NCBI GenBank assembly: GCA_043810775.1
Contig: JBDRNU010000010.1
Location: 1-44,907 of the forward strand
DNA from: an archaeon
GTDB lineage: Archaea; Nanobdellota; Nanobdellia; Pacearchaeales; GW2011-AR1
Direction of reading: 5' to 3'
Length of the DNA stretch: 44,907 nucleotides
Shown: positions 36,445-44,907 of the stretch, in pieces
Layout: each line of letters opens with the position of its first letter
Numbering within the stretch: the stretch's first letter is position 1
Made by a program: the position numbers and the translations under genes
Notes under the pieces: model-generated
Database searches by the model: none
What the model was told of the DNA's origin: nothing
What the model saw: the letters and a program-made list of their open reading frames with translations, nothing else

Positions 36445-39400
36445 ATAATTTTTCAGCTTTTTTCTTAAGTTCCCTGGCTAATTCTCTTTTTTTATCTTCA
36501 AATTCAAATTGTTGGTCTCTCAAAGATTCTCTTAATCTGTCATTAAATTGTTTCTGTAACTCTAATTTAAGGGCATTCTCATGTCTTTTTAATTCTCTGA
36601 CAATCTCAGCATGCGACTTATTCGCATACTCTTTTTTAAGGGAAATTCTCTCATTTTGAAACCTTAAATTATCCTCTTTTTTTAATCTAATAATTCTTTC
36701 AAGCAGTCCTTTCTTCTCAATAGCTAGCTTAAGATTTTTAGCTTTTAAATCCTCAAGCTGCTTTTCTTCATTTATCTTAAATTGAGACTCCCTTAGCTTA
36801 TTTTTAGACTCAAATTCCTTAATCTTAGCTTCAAGTTTGTTTTTTTCAAAAGCAAGCTGTTTTTTAGATTTATTATTAAACTTCCTGCTAAGGTCTCTTT
36901 GAAGCTCTAATTTTTTGCTTTCAATGCTCCTCAAAAGCTGGTTATGATACTTATTTCTTAATTTTATTTCTTGCTCCCTCTTATCTCTTTCTAAAATAGA
37001 AATAAGTCTTTTCTTTTCAGCTTCTAATTCCTTCTTATCTTTAATATTTAAAAAAGCAAGTTTGCTTTTTGCATCTTGAATCTTTTTCTTTTCTTTCTCA
37101 GATTTAGAAAAAAGATTTTTCTTTTCAGCTTCAATGCCTTTTTCTTCAGTTTTAAGCTTAGAAGCTAGTTTTTTCTTTTCAGCTTCTAATTCCTTCTTAT
37201 CTTTAATATTTAAAAAAGCAAGTTTGCTTTTTGCATCTTGAATCTTTTTCTTTTCTTTCTCAGATTTAGAAAAAAGACTTTTCTTATCTCTTTCTAAAAT
37301 AGAAGCTAGTCTTTTCTTTTCAGCTTCAATGCCTTTTTCTTCAGTTTTAAGCTTAGAAGCAAGTCTTTTCTTTTCATCATCTAATTCCTTTAAATGGGAT
37401 TTATATTTAATTGCAAGTTTTTTCTTTTCAGCATCTAATTCATTGGAATACTTCTTATGTTCAGACTCTGCATGCTTCTTAAGTTCCAGCGTAAATTTGT
37501 TATGGAATTCCTTTTTAGTATTTTCAGCAATATTCTTAACATCATTATTATGCTTATTGACTAAATCCTTGTGCTCTCTTTCTCTCCTTTTAAACTCGTC
37601 TGACTTAATTTCAGACTGCTTGCTGACTAATTTAAGATTCTCCTTTCTCTGCTTTTCAATTATTGCAAGATATTTATGCCTCTCTTTTTCAAGGGCAATC
37701 TTATATTTTGAATTAAGAACTTCAATATCTTTAATTTTTAAAGAAAGATTACTCTCAAGATTACTTTTAAGTTTATTCTGATTCTTAAGGCTCTGCCTCA
37801 GTCTCAATATTTCATCATTTAGTCTAGAAACTTTCCTCCTCTCATTAGCTAAATCAAGGTTCTTTGACAATAAATCGTCTTTTAATCTCTTCTCCTTCAA
37901 TTCTAGCTCTCTCTCCTGCTTGCCAAGTTCTTTTTTTAATAAACTAAGCTCAGACTCAATTTTTCTTTTTTCTTTGCCAATTATTGAAGCTTCCTCTGAC
38001 TCAGCTTTTCTTTCAAGCTCCTTTAATCTCTTTTCAATTATCTTCTTTTCACTGGATTTCAACAGCTCTTCATTAGACCTATATTTAGCCTCTAGTGTCT
38101 TTATATTGGATTTAAACTTGTTTTTTTCACTGGCTAGCTTGCTATTGGCAAGGTTGCTGTACTTTTTTCCAAGTTCAGCTCTTAAAACTGCCTCTTTCTG
38201 ACTTATGCTTCTGCTTAATTTATAGTCATAAATTTTCTTTAATTTAGCCTTTGCTGCCCTCTTCTCCCTTAAACTTAAAAAAGCAAGGGTCTTTTTCTGA
38301 GCTTCAACCTCTTTATCAAGATTAGCTTTTTCATATTCAATATGTTTTTTTAATTCTTCAGAAAATTTAATATTAAACTCATTTCTGATTTTAGAAACAA
38401 GATTTTGCACATCTTTCTTATGTCCATCAATCAGCTCCTGATGCTCTTTGTCCCTTTTAGCCAATTCTTCATTTCTGATTTTAGCCTGATCATCAACTAA
38501 TTTAAGATTCTCCTTTCTCTGCTTTTCAAGCATTTTAAGATATTTTTTTCTTTGCTTTTCTAAAGAATTCCTATATTTTCTATTTTGGATTTCAATATCC
38601 CTGGAACTTTCAACTAAATCATCTTCAACTTCATTTTTGATTTTTTCCTGTTGCTCCAAGGACTTTTTAAGTTCTGAATATTTTTTCTTCTGAACACTAA
38701 TCTTAACATCTTTAAATTTTAGCTTTTCATGAAGCTCTTTTTCTTTTAAAAGAAACTCTTCCTCTTTAAGTTTAGTCTTGGCTTCAAGCTCTTTTATTTT
38801 ATAGCTAAGTTTGTTTTTTTCTATATCAACTCTCTCGCCAAAAATCTTGGCGAATTCACTCTTTAGATTTTCCCTAAGTTTTCTCCTCTCTAAAGCTATA
38901 GCATTTTCAAATTTAGACTCATACTTAGTGTCAAGCCTGCCTTTCAAAAGTTTTCTCTCGCGTTTTCTCTGCTGGTCCATCAAAATTTTATTTCTATTTA
39001 TTAGCTCATTCAACTGCCTTTCAAAATTCCTCTCAAGATTTCTCTTCTCATAGTCATACTCTTTTTCATATTTACTTTTAATCTTTAAAGAATAAATCGC
39101 ATCAAGCTTTGCTTTTTCAGCTTCAAATTTCTTTTTCAATTCTTTAGAAAACTTGTGCTTGATTTCAACTTTCAAACCCCTCTTAACTTTGTTTTTGTAA
39201 TCATCTTCAAGGCTTTTCCTCATGCCATTATACTTTTCTTCAAGAAGCTTTTTCCTCACTAATAAATCTCTTCTTAATTCTTCATCCAGCTGTCTCTCTT
39301 TACTAGACAGCTTGTTTGATAAGTCAAGTTTTACCCCTTTAATAAATTCTTCAAAATTTTCATCAACTACCATTCCTACTTTAGAAGAAACCCTACCTTT

Positions 39401-39769
39401 TGGCTTCTTTTTCAAATTAGTTTCAATATCTTTTAATTCTTTTTCTATCTTGTCAATATCTAAAGTTATTTCACTTACATTTTTTTGCAGCTTGCCAGAA
39501 ACACTTCTTTTGCTCTTTTTCCTCTCATCTAGAATATCTTCCCTTAATTTTTTTAGCCCTCTTTCAAGTTCAGGAAGAGCGCTTACATCTTTTAACCGAG
39601 ACTTCATTACATCTATTCTTTTTTTAAAGCCATCTTTCTCAAAATATCTTAGCTCTCTTAAATAATCAAGCTCTCTTCTAATCTCCTTTAGCCTGTCTAC
39701 TTTCCTGTTAAAGTCATAAAAATCCTTTTTAACCTTGACTATACTATCCTCTTTTTTATCTTTTGGCAT
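36437..39769 (-). CDS. Very long Lys/Glu-rich coiled-coil protein (1110 aa)
   Basis: Heptad-type K/E/L composition, almost no Pro, no Walker motifs, internal repeats. Confidence 0.85.
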   Translation of the reverse strand: MPKDKKEDSIVKVKKDFYDFNRKVDRLKEIRRELDYLRELRYFEKDGFKKRIDVMKSRLKDVSALPELERGLKKLREDILDERKKSKRSVSGKLQKNVSEITLDIDKIEKELKDIETNLKKKPKGRVSSKVGMVVDENFEEFIKGVKLDLSNKLSSKERQLDEELRRDLLVRKKLLEEKYNGMRKSLEDDYKNKVKRGLKVEIKHKFSKELKKKFEAEKAKLDAIYSLKIKSKYEKEYDYEKRNLERNFERQLNELINRNKILMDQQRKRERKLLKGRLDTKYESKFENAIALERRKLRENLKSEFAKIFGERVDIEKNKLSYKIKELEAKTKLKEEEFLLKEKELHEKLKFKDVKISVQKKKYSELKKSLEQQEKIKNEVEDDLVESSRDIEIQNRKYRNSLEKQRKKYLKMLEKQRKENLKLVDDQAKIRNEELAKRDKEHQELIDGHKKDVQNLVSKIRNEFNIKFSEELKKHIEYEKANLDKEVEAQKKTLAFLSLREKRAAKAKLKKIYDYKLSRSISQKEAVLRAELGKKYSNLANSKLASEKNKFKSNIKTLEAKYRSNEELLKSSEKKIIEKRLKELERKAESEEASIIGKEKRKIESELSLLKKELGKQERELELKEKRLKDDLLSKNLDLANERRKVSRLNDEILRLRQSLKNQNKLKSNLESNLSLKIKDIEVLNSKYKIALEKERHKYLAIIEKQRKENLKLVSKQSEIKSDEFKRREREHKDLVNKHNNDVKNIAENTKKEFHNKFTLELKKHAESEHKKYSNELDAEKKKLAIKYKSHLKELDDEKKRLASKLKTEEKGIEAEKKRLASILERDKKSLFSKSEKEKKKIQDAKSKLAFLNIKDKKELEAEKKKLASKLKTEEKGIEAEKKNLFSKSEKEKKKIQDAKSKLAFLNIKDKKELEAEKKRLISILERDKREQEIKLRNKYHNQLLRSIESKKLELQRDLSRKFNNKSKKQLAFEKNKLEAKIKEFESKNKLRESQFKINEEKQLEDLKAKNLKLAIEKKGLLERIIRLKKEDNLRFQNERISLKKEYANKSHAEIVRELKRHENALKLELQKQFNDRLRESLRDQQFEFEDKKRELARELKKKAEKLFN
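37009..37360. repeat. Intragenic exact direct repeats
   Basis: 107 bp at 37009-37115 equals 37171-37277 (offset 162); 49 bp at 37117-37165 equals 37312-37360 (offset 195). Confidence 0.9.
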
Positions 39770-39795
39770 TTTTCCCCTTTTTATATTCCTTAGTA

Positions 39796-42700
39796 TTAAT
39801 CCTCATTTTTATACTTTTCGTTAAATTTATTTCCTTCAAGCTTATCTAATTCCTCTTCAAGCTTAGCTGTGCCATAGTATCTTCTTTTCTTCCATTCTTT
39901 CAGTTTCTTCCTTAATTCCTCAATTTCTCCTGGCTTTACTTGTTTCTTCTTTAGTCTTCTCTTAATTAATACTGCTTCTTTTCTTGCAGCTTTTTTATGC
40001 TTTGCATGGATTTTTTTCTCAGTTTTTATTCTGGTTTTCTCAGCTTGCTTCAGAACTCTTTCTAATTTCCTCTCTTTTCTTCTGACTTTATGCAAGAAGA
40101 ATAAATTCTTCCATTTTCTCATCCATCCTTTCACTGGCTTCTTTCCTGGTTTCTTTGCTTTTTTACTCTGCCTATATCTATAATATAAGTAAAGCGAAAA
40201 TAACAGCAATAGCAGCAATAACAACAACCACAAGATGTATACTATTATTTTTCTCCAGTCAAATATATTCCTATAAGTTAGGCAAGGAGGGCAATTTTCT
40301 CCTCCGCAATCAGTATCTATCTCATCAAAATCCTTAATTCCATTAAAACAATAATCACAGTATCCTGCAAAGTCTCCTGCTGTAAATCCAATATCAACTC
40401 TGAATATATTCTCAATTCTCGTTCCCCTTATTCTGCTTACAAGCTTATTGCTGTTAACATCATAAATTTCAATATAAGGCTCATTACACCACTCAACTTG
40501 TTTAGTCTTAATTGGTATTTTTGAATCACATCCGCTTATTTCTATTCTTGAAGCTTCACAATCTTCCAAATCAACACAAGTTCTCTCTTTCTTTCCATTT
40601 ATAACTAATTCACTTCCCAAAAACTCATTTATATTATAATCTATACTACACTCACTCCAAGCTCCGCACTCCCAATCAGGTATGCAAGCACACTCCCTTG
40701 GATTTGGCATATTCATATGAGTTCCGCATCTATTCAAATCTACGCAATCAACAGAATAACTAAATCCAGAGTCATCACAGCTAGTCCAGTCACAATCCCA
40801 GTTCTCAGTGCATTCTTTCTCACTAGGGTCAAATATATCAACACCCCATATTACTTCATCTGAATGATAAATATTAGAAACTTCTAATCTAATTTCAGTT
40901 GCTCTAAAAAATGTTCTAGTGTAAGAAGCTACAAAATTTCTTACACCACTATCTTCATCCACTAATACTCCATCTAAATACCATCTAGCACTTGTCTCTG
41001 GATGCTGCATAAGAAGTGAAGTATCACTAATACTAGCTACAAAATTAATGGAAGTTCCATTATAAACTATCAAATCCAGTATAGAAGGATAGTAATTAAT
41101 TAAAAAATCATTAATTTCACAATAAGCACTGACATTAGGTCTGCTTATGCTAGTTCCGCAATTATTTATATCAGTACAATTTCTAGTCTGGGTATTTGAA
41201 ATACATAATCCCCAGTTACTGCATGTCCAGGATTCTACACATCCTGGAGCACAATATCTTGCTTCAACAGGTCTTACACAAGAAGCATTTCCGCTAATCT
41301 GCGAGCAATTTCTAATCTGAATCCATCCAGTATTTTCTTCCTCAAATGCTTTAACCTTAATTTCCTGGCATGTCCCATTAATATTACATGTATATCCAGA
41401 ACTACAACTGCATAACGTACAATTACTGACTAAAGTTCCATTATTACAGTATAGTGGTTTTGTAGTTGAACATTGCCTATCTAAAGTACCATCAGAACAT
41501 TTTCCATCAAATACTATTACAGGGATCAACTGGCAGGTTCCATTAATCTGGCAATTATATCCTTCATTGCATCCACATAAATTACAGTTTTCAACTAAAG
41601 TTCCATTATTACAATACACCGGCTTGCTAGTTGAACACTCACCATAATTAGTGCTGTCACTGCACGTTAAATTAGGGGATAGGAAAATCTTTTGGCAGGT
41701 TCCATTAATCTGACATTCATAATCCTGACTGCATCCACATAAATTACAGTTTTCAACTAAAGTTCCGCCTAAACAGAATAAATTAGTATTATTTGAACAC
41801 TCATTATATAATGTACCATCCTCACACATGCTAGTCAATTGCCCTACTAACTCATAATCTAAACTAATAACTGATTTACCAGTATACTCATAATACTCTA
41901 GCTTAATTTCATGCTCACCCGAAGTTAAATTAGCTTCTGCCTCATAACTACTAGTTGACTGTCTTTTCCATTTATCAAGTATCAAGATATCATCAACATA
42001 TAATTTTGCACCATCATCAGATATAACTCTGAAATTATATCTGCCTGCATCAAACTGCTCATCCTTAGTCCATCTAATTGAAAAATAATCCTTGCTTATT
42101 TCACTAACTGGATTGCTATTTTTCCAGTCAAAATTAATTTCAGAATCATCCCTTACTAAAACTGGCTCGCCTTGCAAATCTTTATTATTAAAATACTCTC
42201 CAATAAATCCTTTAAACTGAGTTTCATCTATTTTGCACTTTCCATTAGTACAAGCTCTATATTCAGGACACCCACATTTTTCACAATCTTCAACTAAGTT
42301 CCCATTATTGCAAAATAATGGCTTGCTAGTTGAACACTGCTGATTTAAGGTTCTATCATCACAAGAACCTTCTACATATATTTCCAAAGCATCCCAGCTT
42401 AATTTAGCAACTGCTTTTCCAGTATTTTCAAAATATTCCACCTTAATCTCGTGTTCACCTGATAAAATTATTTCAGCACTGTCAGTTCTAACAGCATGAT
42501 TATTCCATCTATTAATTATTAATTTATTATCAATATACAGCCTAATTCCATCGTCGCTTCTTGTTGTAAATTTATACTTTCCAGATGCAAATTCCTCAGT
42601 TTTAGTCCACCTAACTGAAAACTTGTTTATATTTATTTTCTTGTCAGGAGAACCCTTAGCCCAGTCAAAATTAATTTCAGAATCATCTCTAGTTAATATA

Positions 42701-44907
42701 ATCTTTCCGCTTAAGTCTTTGCTATTGTAATACTCTCCCTTAAATCCCTCTTTAACCTTAGCCTGGCTCATAACTGGTTCTAAGAATTGTTGATTAATCT
42801 TAAATATACTCATCCAAAAGCTTCCAACTAATCTCTGTGCTTCACTCTGGCCAACATAAGTGCATGTACTCCATTGAGTGCAGTTCCAGGTGCATATATC
42901 ACAATATTCAGTAAGGTTTGGTCTGCCAACTGTAGTATTACAATACTTAAAATCTTGGCAAGTTCTGGTTCTTGTAGTTCCAATGCAATCTCCCCACTCA
43001 GTGCATCTCCAGTCAGGAGTGCAAACTTCACCAGTACCGCAAACTCCATTCTGGCAAACCTGGCCTCCAGTACAGACTACATAAGAAGCTGGACTCCATT
43101 CAGTGCATCCATCTCCATTATAATCTCCGCAAATTCTTAGTGAGATAGTTGAAGAATTTGCGCATGTTCTAGACTCATTTCCAGAAGGAGAACATAAGCT
43201 AGTGCAGCCATCATCATCGTCATCATCACCCACTATGGTACAAGTTTGAGTTTCAGTTTCAACACAGCCACTAGTGTCAGTTCTGGTTCTTGATTGTGAA
43301 TTGCTAGAACAAGTGCTCCATTCACTCCAAGCTCCAAAATCAGCTGAACATACATCTCTATCAGAGTGCTCTGAACTAGAAATATAACTTAAATAATTAT
43401 TATCACTAACATTAACTTTCCACATAACTAAAGCACCTTGAGAATAATTAATTGTTATATTAGTCATGTACTGTCCTGTTGAAATTCTTGAAATATTTCC
43501 AGGATAAAAAGTAATTCCTCTTGACTGCCCAGATGGATTCAAAGCATTTGCACTTAAATTCTGAGAGTCATAAGCCAAATTAGTCACTGTTCCATTTGAC
43601 TTTGAAATATTAATATATAAAATAGCTATATCTCCATCATAATACTTATACACTCCACCCACTAACCTTAAATTACCCATAGCAAGTGCTGCCTGATATA
43701 CCTCAATAGTAATGTTAATACCTGAATTATTAATTAATCTAATTTCAGATGTAGAATAATTTACAAATAATTGCCTTGTGCCAGCTGCCCTGCTAGTTTT
43801 ATCATACCCTATATAACAGTCTCCAGTTAAATTAGTGAGTGAGCTTCCAATTAATGACCCATTATCATAAAAATAACAAGTGCTTGCATTTATTCCAGAG
43901 CTTCCAGTATAATGCACATTAGCTGTAATATTAATTGTATTTGCAATTAATCCAGAATCATCTTCCCACTGCACTCCGTCAGAATCTCTGCCCCTTACTA
44001 ATAATTGATTTGGAGTTGGATAAGTGATATTAACTTCTGTAAGTAATGATGAAACACTAATTGTAAAATTAACTTGCTCTGTATTATTTATATTATTACT
44101 AGTATCATTGCACCAAAATCTGGCTGTATAATTTTCATTTGCAATCCCTGAATAAGTATAATTAAAATTAGTACTTATTAATTTAGTCATAGTATAATTA
44201 GTTGCCCAATTATTCAGCGTGAACTTACACAAGCTCCCATTCTCATTTAAAGTCAGGTTAAATAATATTGAAGATTGATTGTAAGTCTGGTTTAATGGAG
44301 AGGTTATGTTTAGCTGAGGAGGAGTTGTATCTCCTGAAACTGCAACTTCAAAATCAACTCTCGATAGATTAATATTTCCAGCAGAATCATTGGCATAAGC
44401 ATAAAAAGTATAATTATTTGTTTCTAAATTTATTGAAACTGGGATAGTATAACTTAAGTTATCGCTTCCATTATACCACCATACTGAATCTGCGTCTGAT
44501 GAGTTTGTGATGTTCACTATTATGCTGGTTTGATTATATCTTGTCCCATTTTCAGGGCTAATAAAAGCTATATAAGGTGGGATATTGTCAAATACAATTC
44601 CAAAAGTCACTGAAGTAGAATTTACATTTCCAGCAGAATCATTGCAGTATAAAGTCCAGGTATTACTTCCTTCTCGCGATATATTAATTCCAGTGAAATT
44701 AGCTCCTCCTGAATTAAATGCTGACAAGCTTCCTGTCTCATTTGCATACCAGCAGCTATCTGGATATAAGTCAGTAGTTGTATAATTCAGCGAAGTAATA
44801 TTATGATTATAAGTTATATTCAATGGATATAAAATATAAATTCCAGGCTTGCTAGTATCTATAGTAACTGTCTGCCTAACTGTTTCTGTTGTAAAGAAAT
44901 TATCAGC
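39796..44907 (-). CDS. Giant membrane-anchored surface protein with Ig-like repeats, TSP1-like W/C repeats, two PA14 domains and Cys-rich modules (5' end beyond the window)
   Basis: The frame stays open to 44907 (ADNFFTTETVRQTVTIDTSKPGIYILYPL...). It has DxxPP..I.SP.N repeats, WxxWxxC repeats, two GF.GEY..INFDW..FS.RW..SDDG..HEIK.EY domains, a C-terminal transmembrane helix and a basic tail. Confidence 0.9.
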   Translation of the reverse strand, partial: ADNFFTTETVRQTVTIDTSKPGIYILYPLNITYNHNITSLNYTTTDLYPDSCWYANETGSLSAFNSGGANFTGINISREGSNTWTLYCNDSAGNVNSTSVTFGIVFDNIPPYIAFISPENGTRYNQTSIIVNITNSSDADSVWWYNGSDNLSYTIPVSINLETNNYTFYAYANDSAGNINLSRVDFEVAVSGDTTPPQLNITSPLNQTYNQSSILFNLTLNENGSLCKFTLNNWATNYTMTKLISTNFNYTYSGIANENYTARFWCNDTSNNINNTEQVNFTISVSSLLTEVNITYPTPNQLLVRGRDSDGVQWEDDSGLIANTINITANVHYTGSSGINASTCYFYDNGSLIGSSLTNLTGDCYIGYDKTSRAAGTRQLFVNYSTSEIRLINNSGINITIEVYQAALAMGNLRLVGGVYKYYDGDIAILYINISKSNGTVTNLAYDSQNLSANALNPSGQSRGITFYPGNISRISTGQYMTNITINYSQGALVMWKVNVSDNNYLSYISSSEHSDRDVCSADFGAWSEWSTCSSNSQSRTRTDTSGCVETETQTCTIVGDDDDDDGCTSLCSPSGNESRTCANSSTISLRICGDYNGDGCTEWSPASYVVCTGGQVCQNGVCGTGEVCTPDWRCTEWGDCIGTTRTRTCQDFKYCNTTVGRPNLTEYCDICTWNCTQWSTCTYVGQSEAQRLVGSFWMSIFKINQQFLEPVMSQAKVKEGFKGEYYNSKDLSGKIILTRDDSEINFDWAKGSPDKKININKFSVRWTKTEEFASGKYKFTTRSDDGIRLYIDNKLIINRWNNHAVRTDSAEIILSGEHEIKVEYFENTGKAVAKLSWDALEIYVEGSCDDRTLNQQCSTSKPLFCNNGNLVEDCEKCGCPEYRACTNGKCKIDETQFKGFIGEYFNNKDLQGEPVLVRDDSEINFDWKNSNPVSEISKDYFSIRWTKDEQFDAGRYNFRVISDDGAKLYVDDILILDKWKRQSTSSYEAEANLTSGEHEIKLEYYEYTGKSVISLDYELVGQLTSMCEDGTLYNECSNNTNLFCLGGTLVENCNLCGCSQDYECQINGTCQKIFLSPNLTCSDSTNYGECSTSKPVYCNNGTLVENCNLCGCNEGYNCQINGTCQLIPVIVFDGKCSDGTLDRQCSTTKPLYCNNGTLVSNCTLCSCSSGYTCNINGTCQEIKVKAFEEENTGWIQIRNCSQISGNASCVRPVEARYCAPGCVESWTCSNWGLCISNTQTRNCTDINNCGTSISRPNVSAYCEINDFLINYYPSILDLIVYNGTSINFVASISDTSLLMQHPETSARWYLDGVLVDEDSGVRNFVASYTRTFFRATEIRLEVSNIYHSDEVIWGVDIFDPSEKECTENWDCDWTSCDDSGFSYSVDCVDLNRCGTHMNMPNPRECACIPDWECGAWSECSIDYNINEFLGSELVINGKKERTCVDLEDCEASRIEISGCDSKIPIKTKQVEWCNEPYIEIYDVNSNKLVSRIRGTRIENIFRVDIGFTAGDFAGYCDYCFNGIKDFDEIDTDCGGENCPPCLTYRNIFDWRKIIVYILWLLLLLLLLLFSLYLYYRYRQSKKAKKPGKKPVKGWMRKWKNLFFLHKVRRKERKLERVLKQAEKTRIKTEKKIHAKHKKAARKEAVLIKRRLKKKQVKPGEIEELRKKLKEWKKRRYYGTAKLEEELDKLEGNKFNEKYKNED

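Noticed and set aside
36437-39769. SMC/Rad50 partner of ScpA
   Set aside because: No Walker A/B, signature motif or hinge is visible.
3483-44785. Many short antisense or nested ORFs in the track (e.g. 3483-3740, 15009-15356, 21545-21937, 30217-30570, 37329-37781, 39222-39665, 42874-43140)
   Set aside because: They are shadows of well-supported genes, with the F/S/L/I-rich composition expected from reverse-complemented K/E codons.

Overview
AT-rich, gene-dense archaeal DNA, most likely from a DPANN archaeon of the Pace/Woesearchaeota type. The basis for this is rpoE'-spt4-rps24e-rps27ae synteny, TATA promoters with leaderless starts, BHB-type tRNA introns, a tandem Lrp regulator and giant Cys-rich surface proteins; the lineage itself is an inference. 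From left to right the window holds: (1) the tail of a DNA methyltransferase and an RHH gene; (2) a ~13.4 kb cluster of ten de novo purine biosynthesis genes (purM, purC, purB, divergent purE-like, purD, purQ, purSL, purO, AICARFT-only purH, purN) with no purF or purK; (3) accessory genes (HD hydrolase, double Lrp, serpin, large secreted acidic protein, rhomboid); (4) an unusual histidine cassette: intron-containing tRNA-His, a type I PRTase whose Shine-Dalgarno start is out of frame, a LOG-like protein, an orphan hisG and hisS; (5) scpA, maf and the core transcription/ribosomal block; (6) an intron-containing tRNA-Trp behind a nested-hairpin leader; (7) a giant coiled-coil protein and a truncated giant PA14/Cys-rich adhesin. 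A dispersed family of tandem-hairpin elements occupies several intergenic gaps. The best candidates for something new are the tRNA-His/PRTase/LOG/hisG/hisS cassette and the purF-less purine cluster. All calls come from motif recognition by eye; no searches were run.
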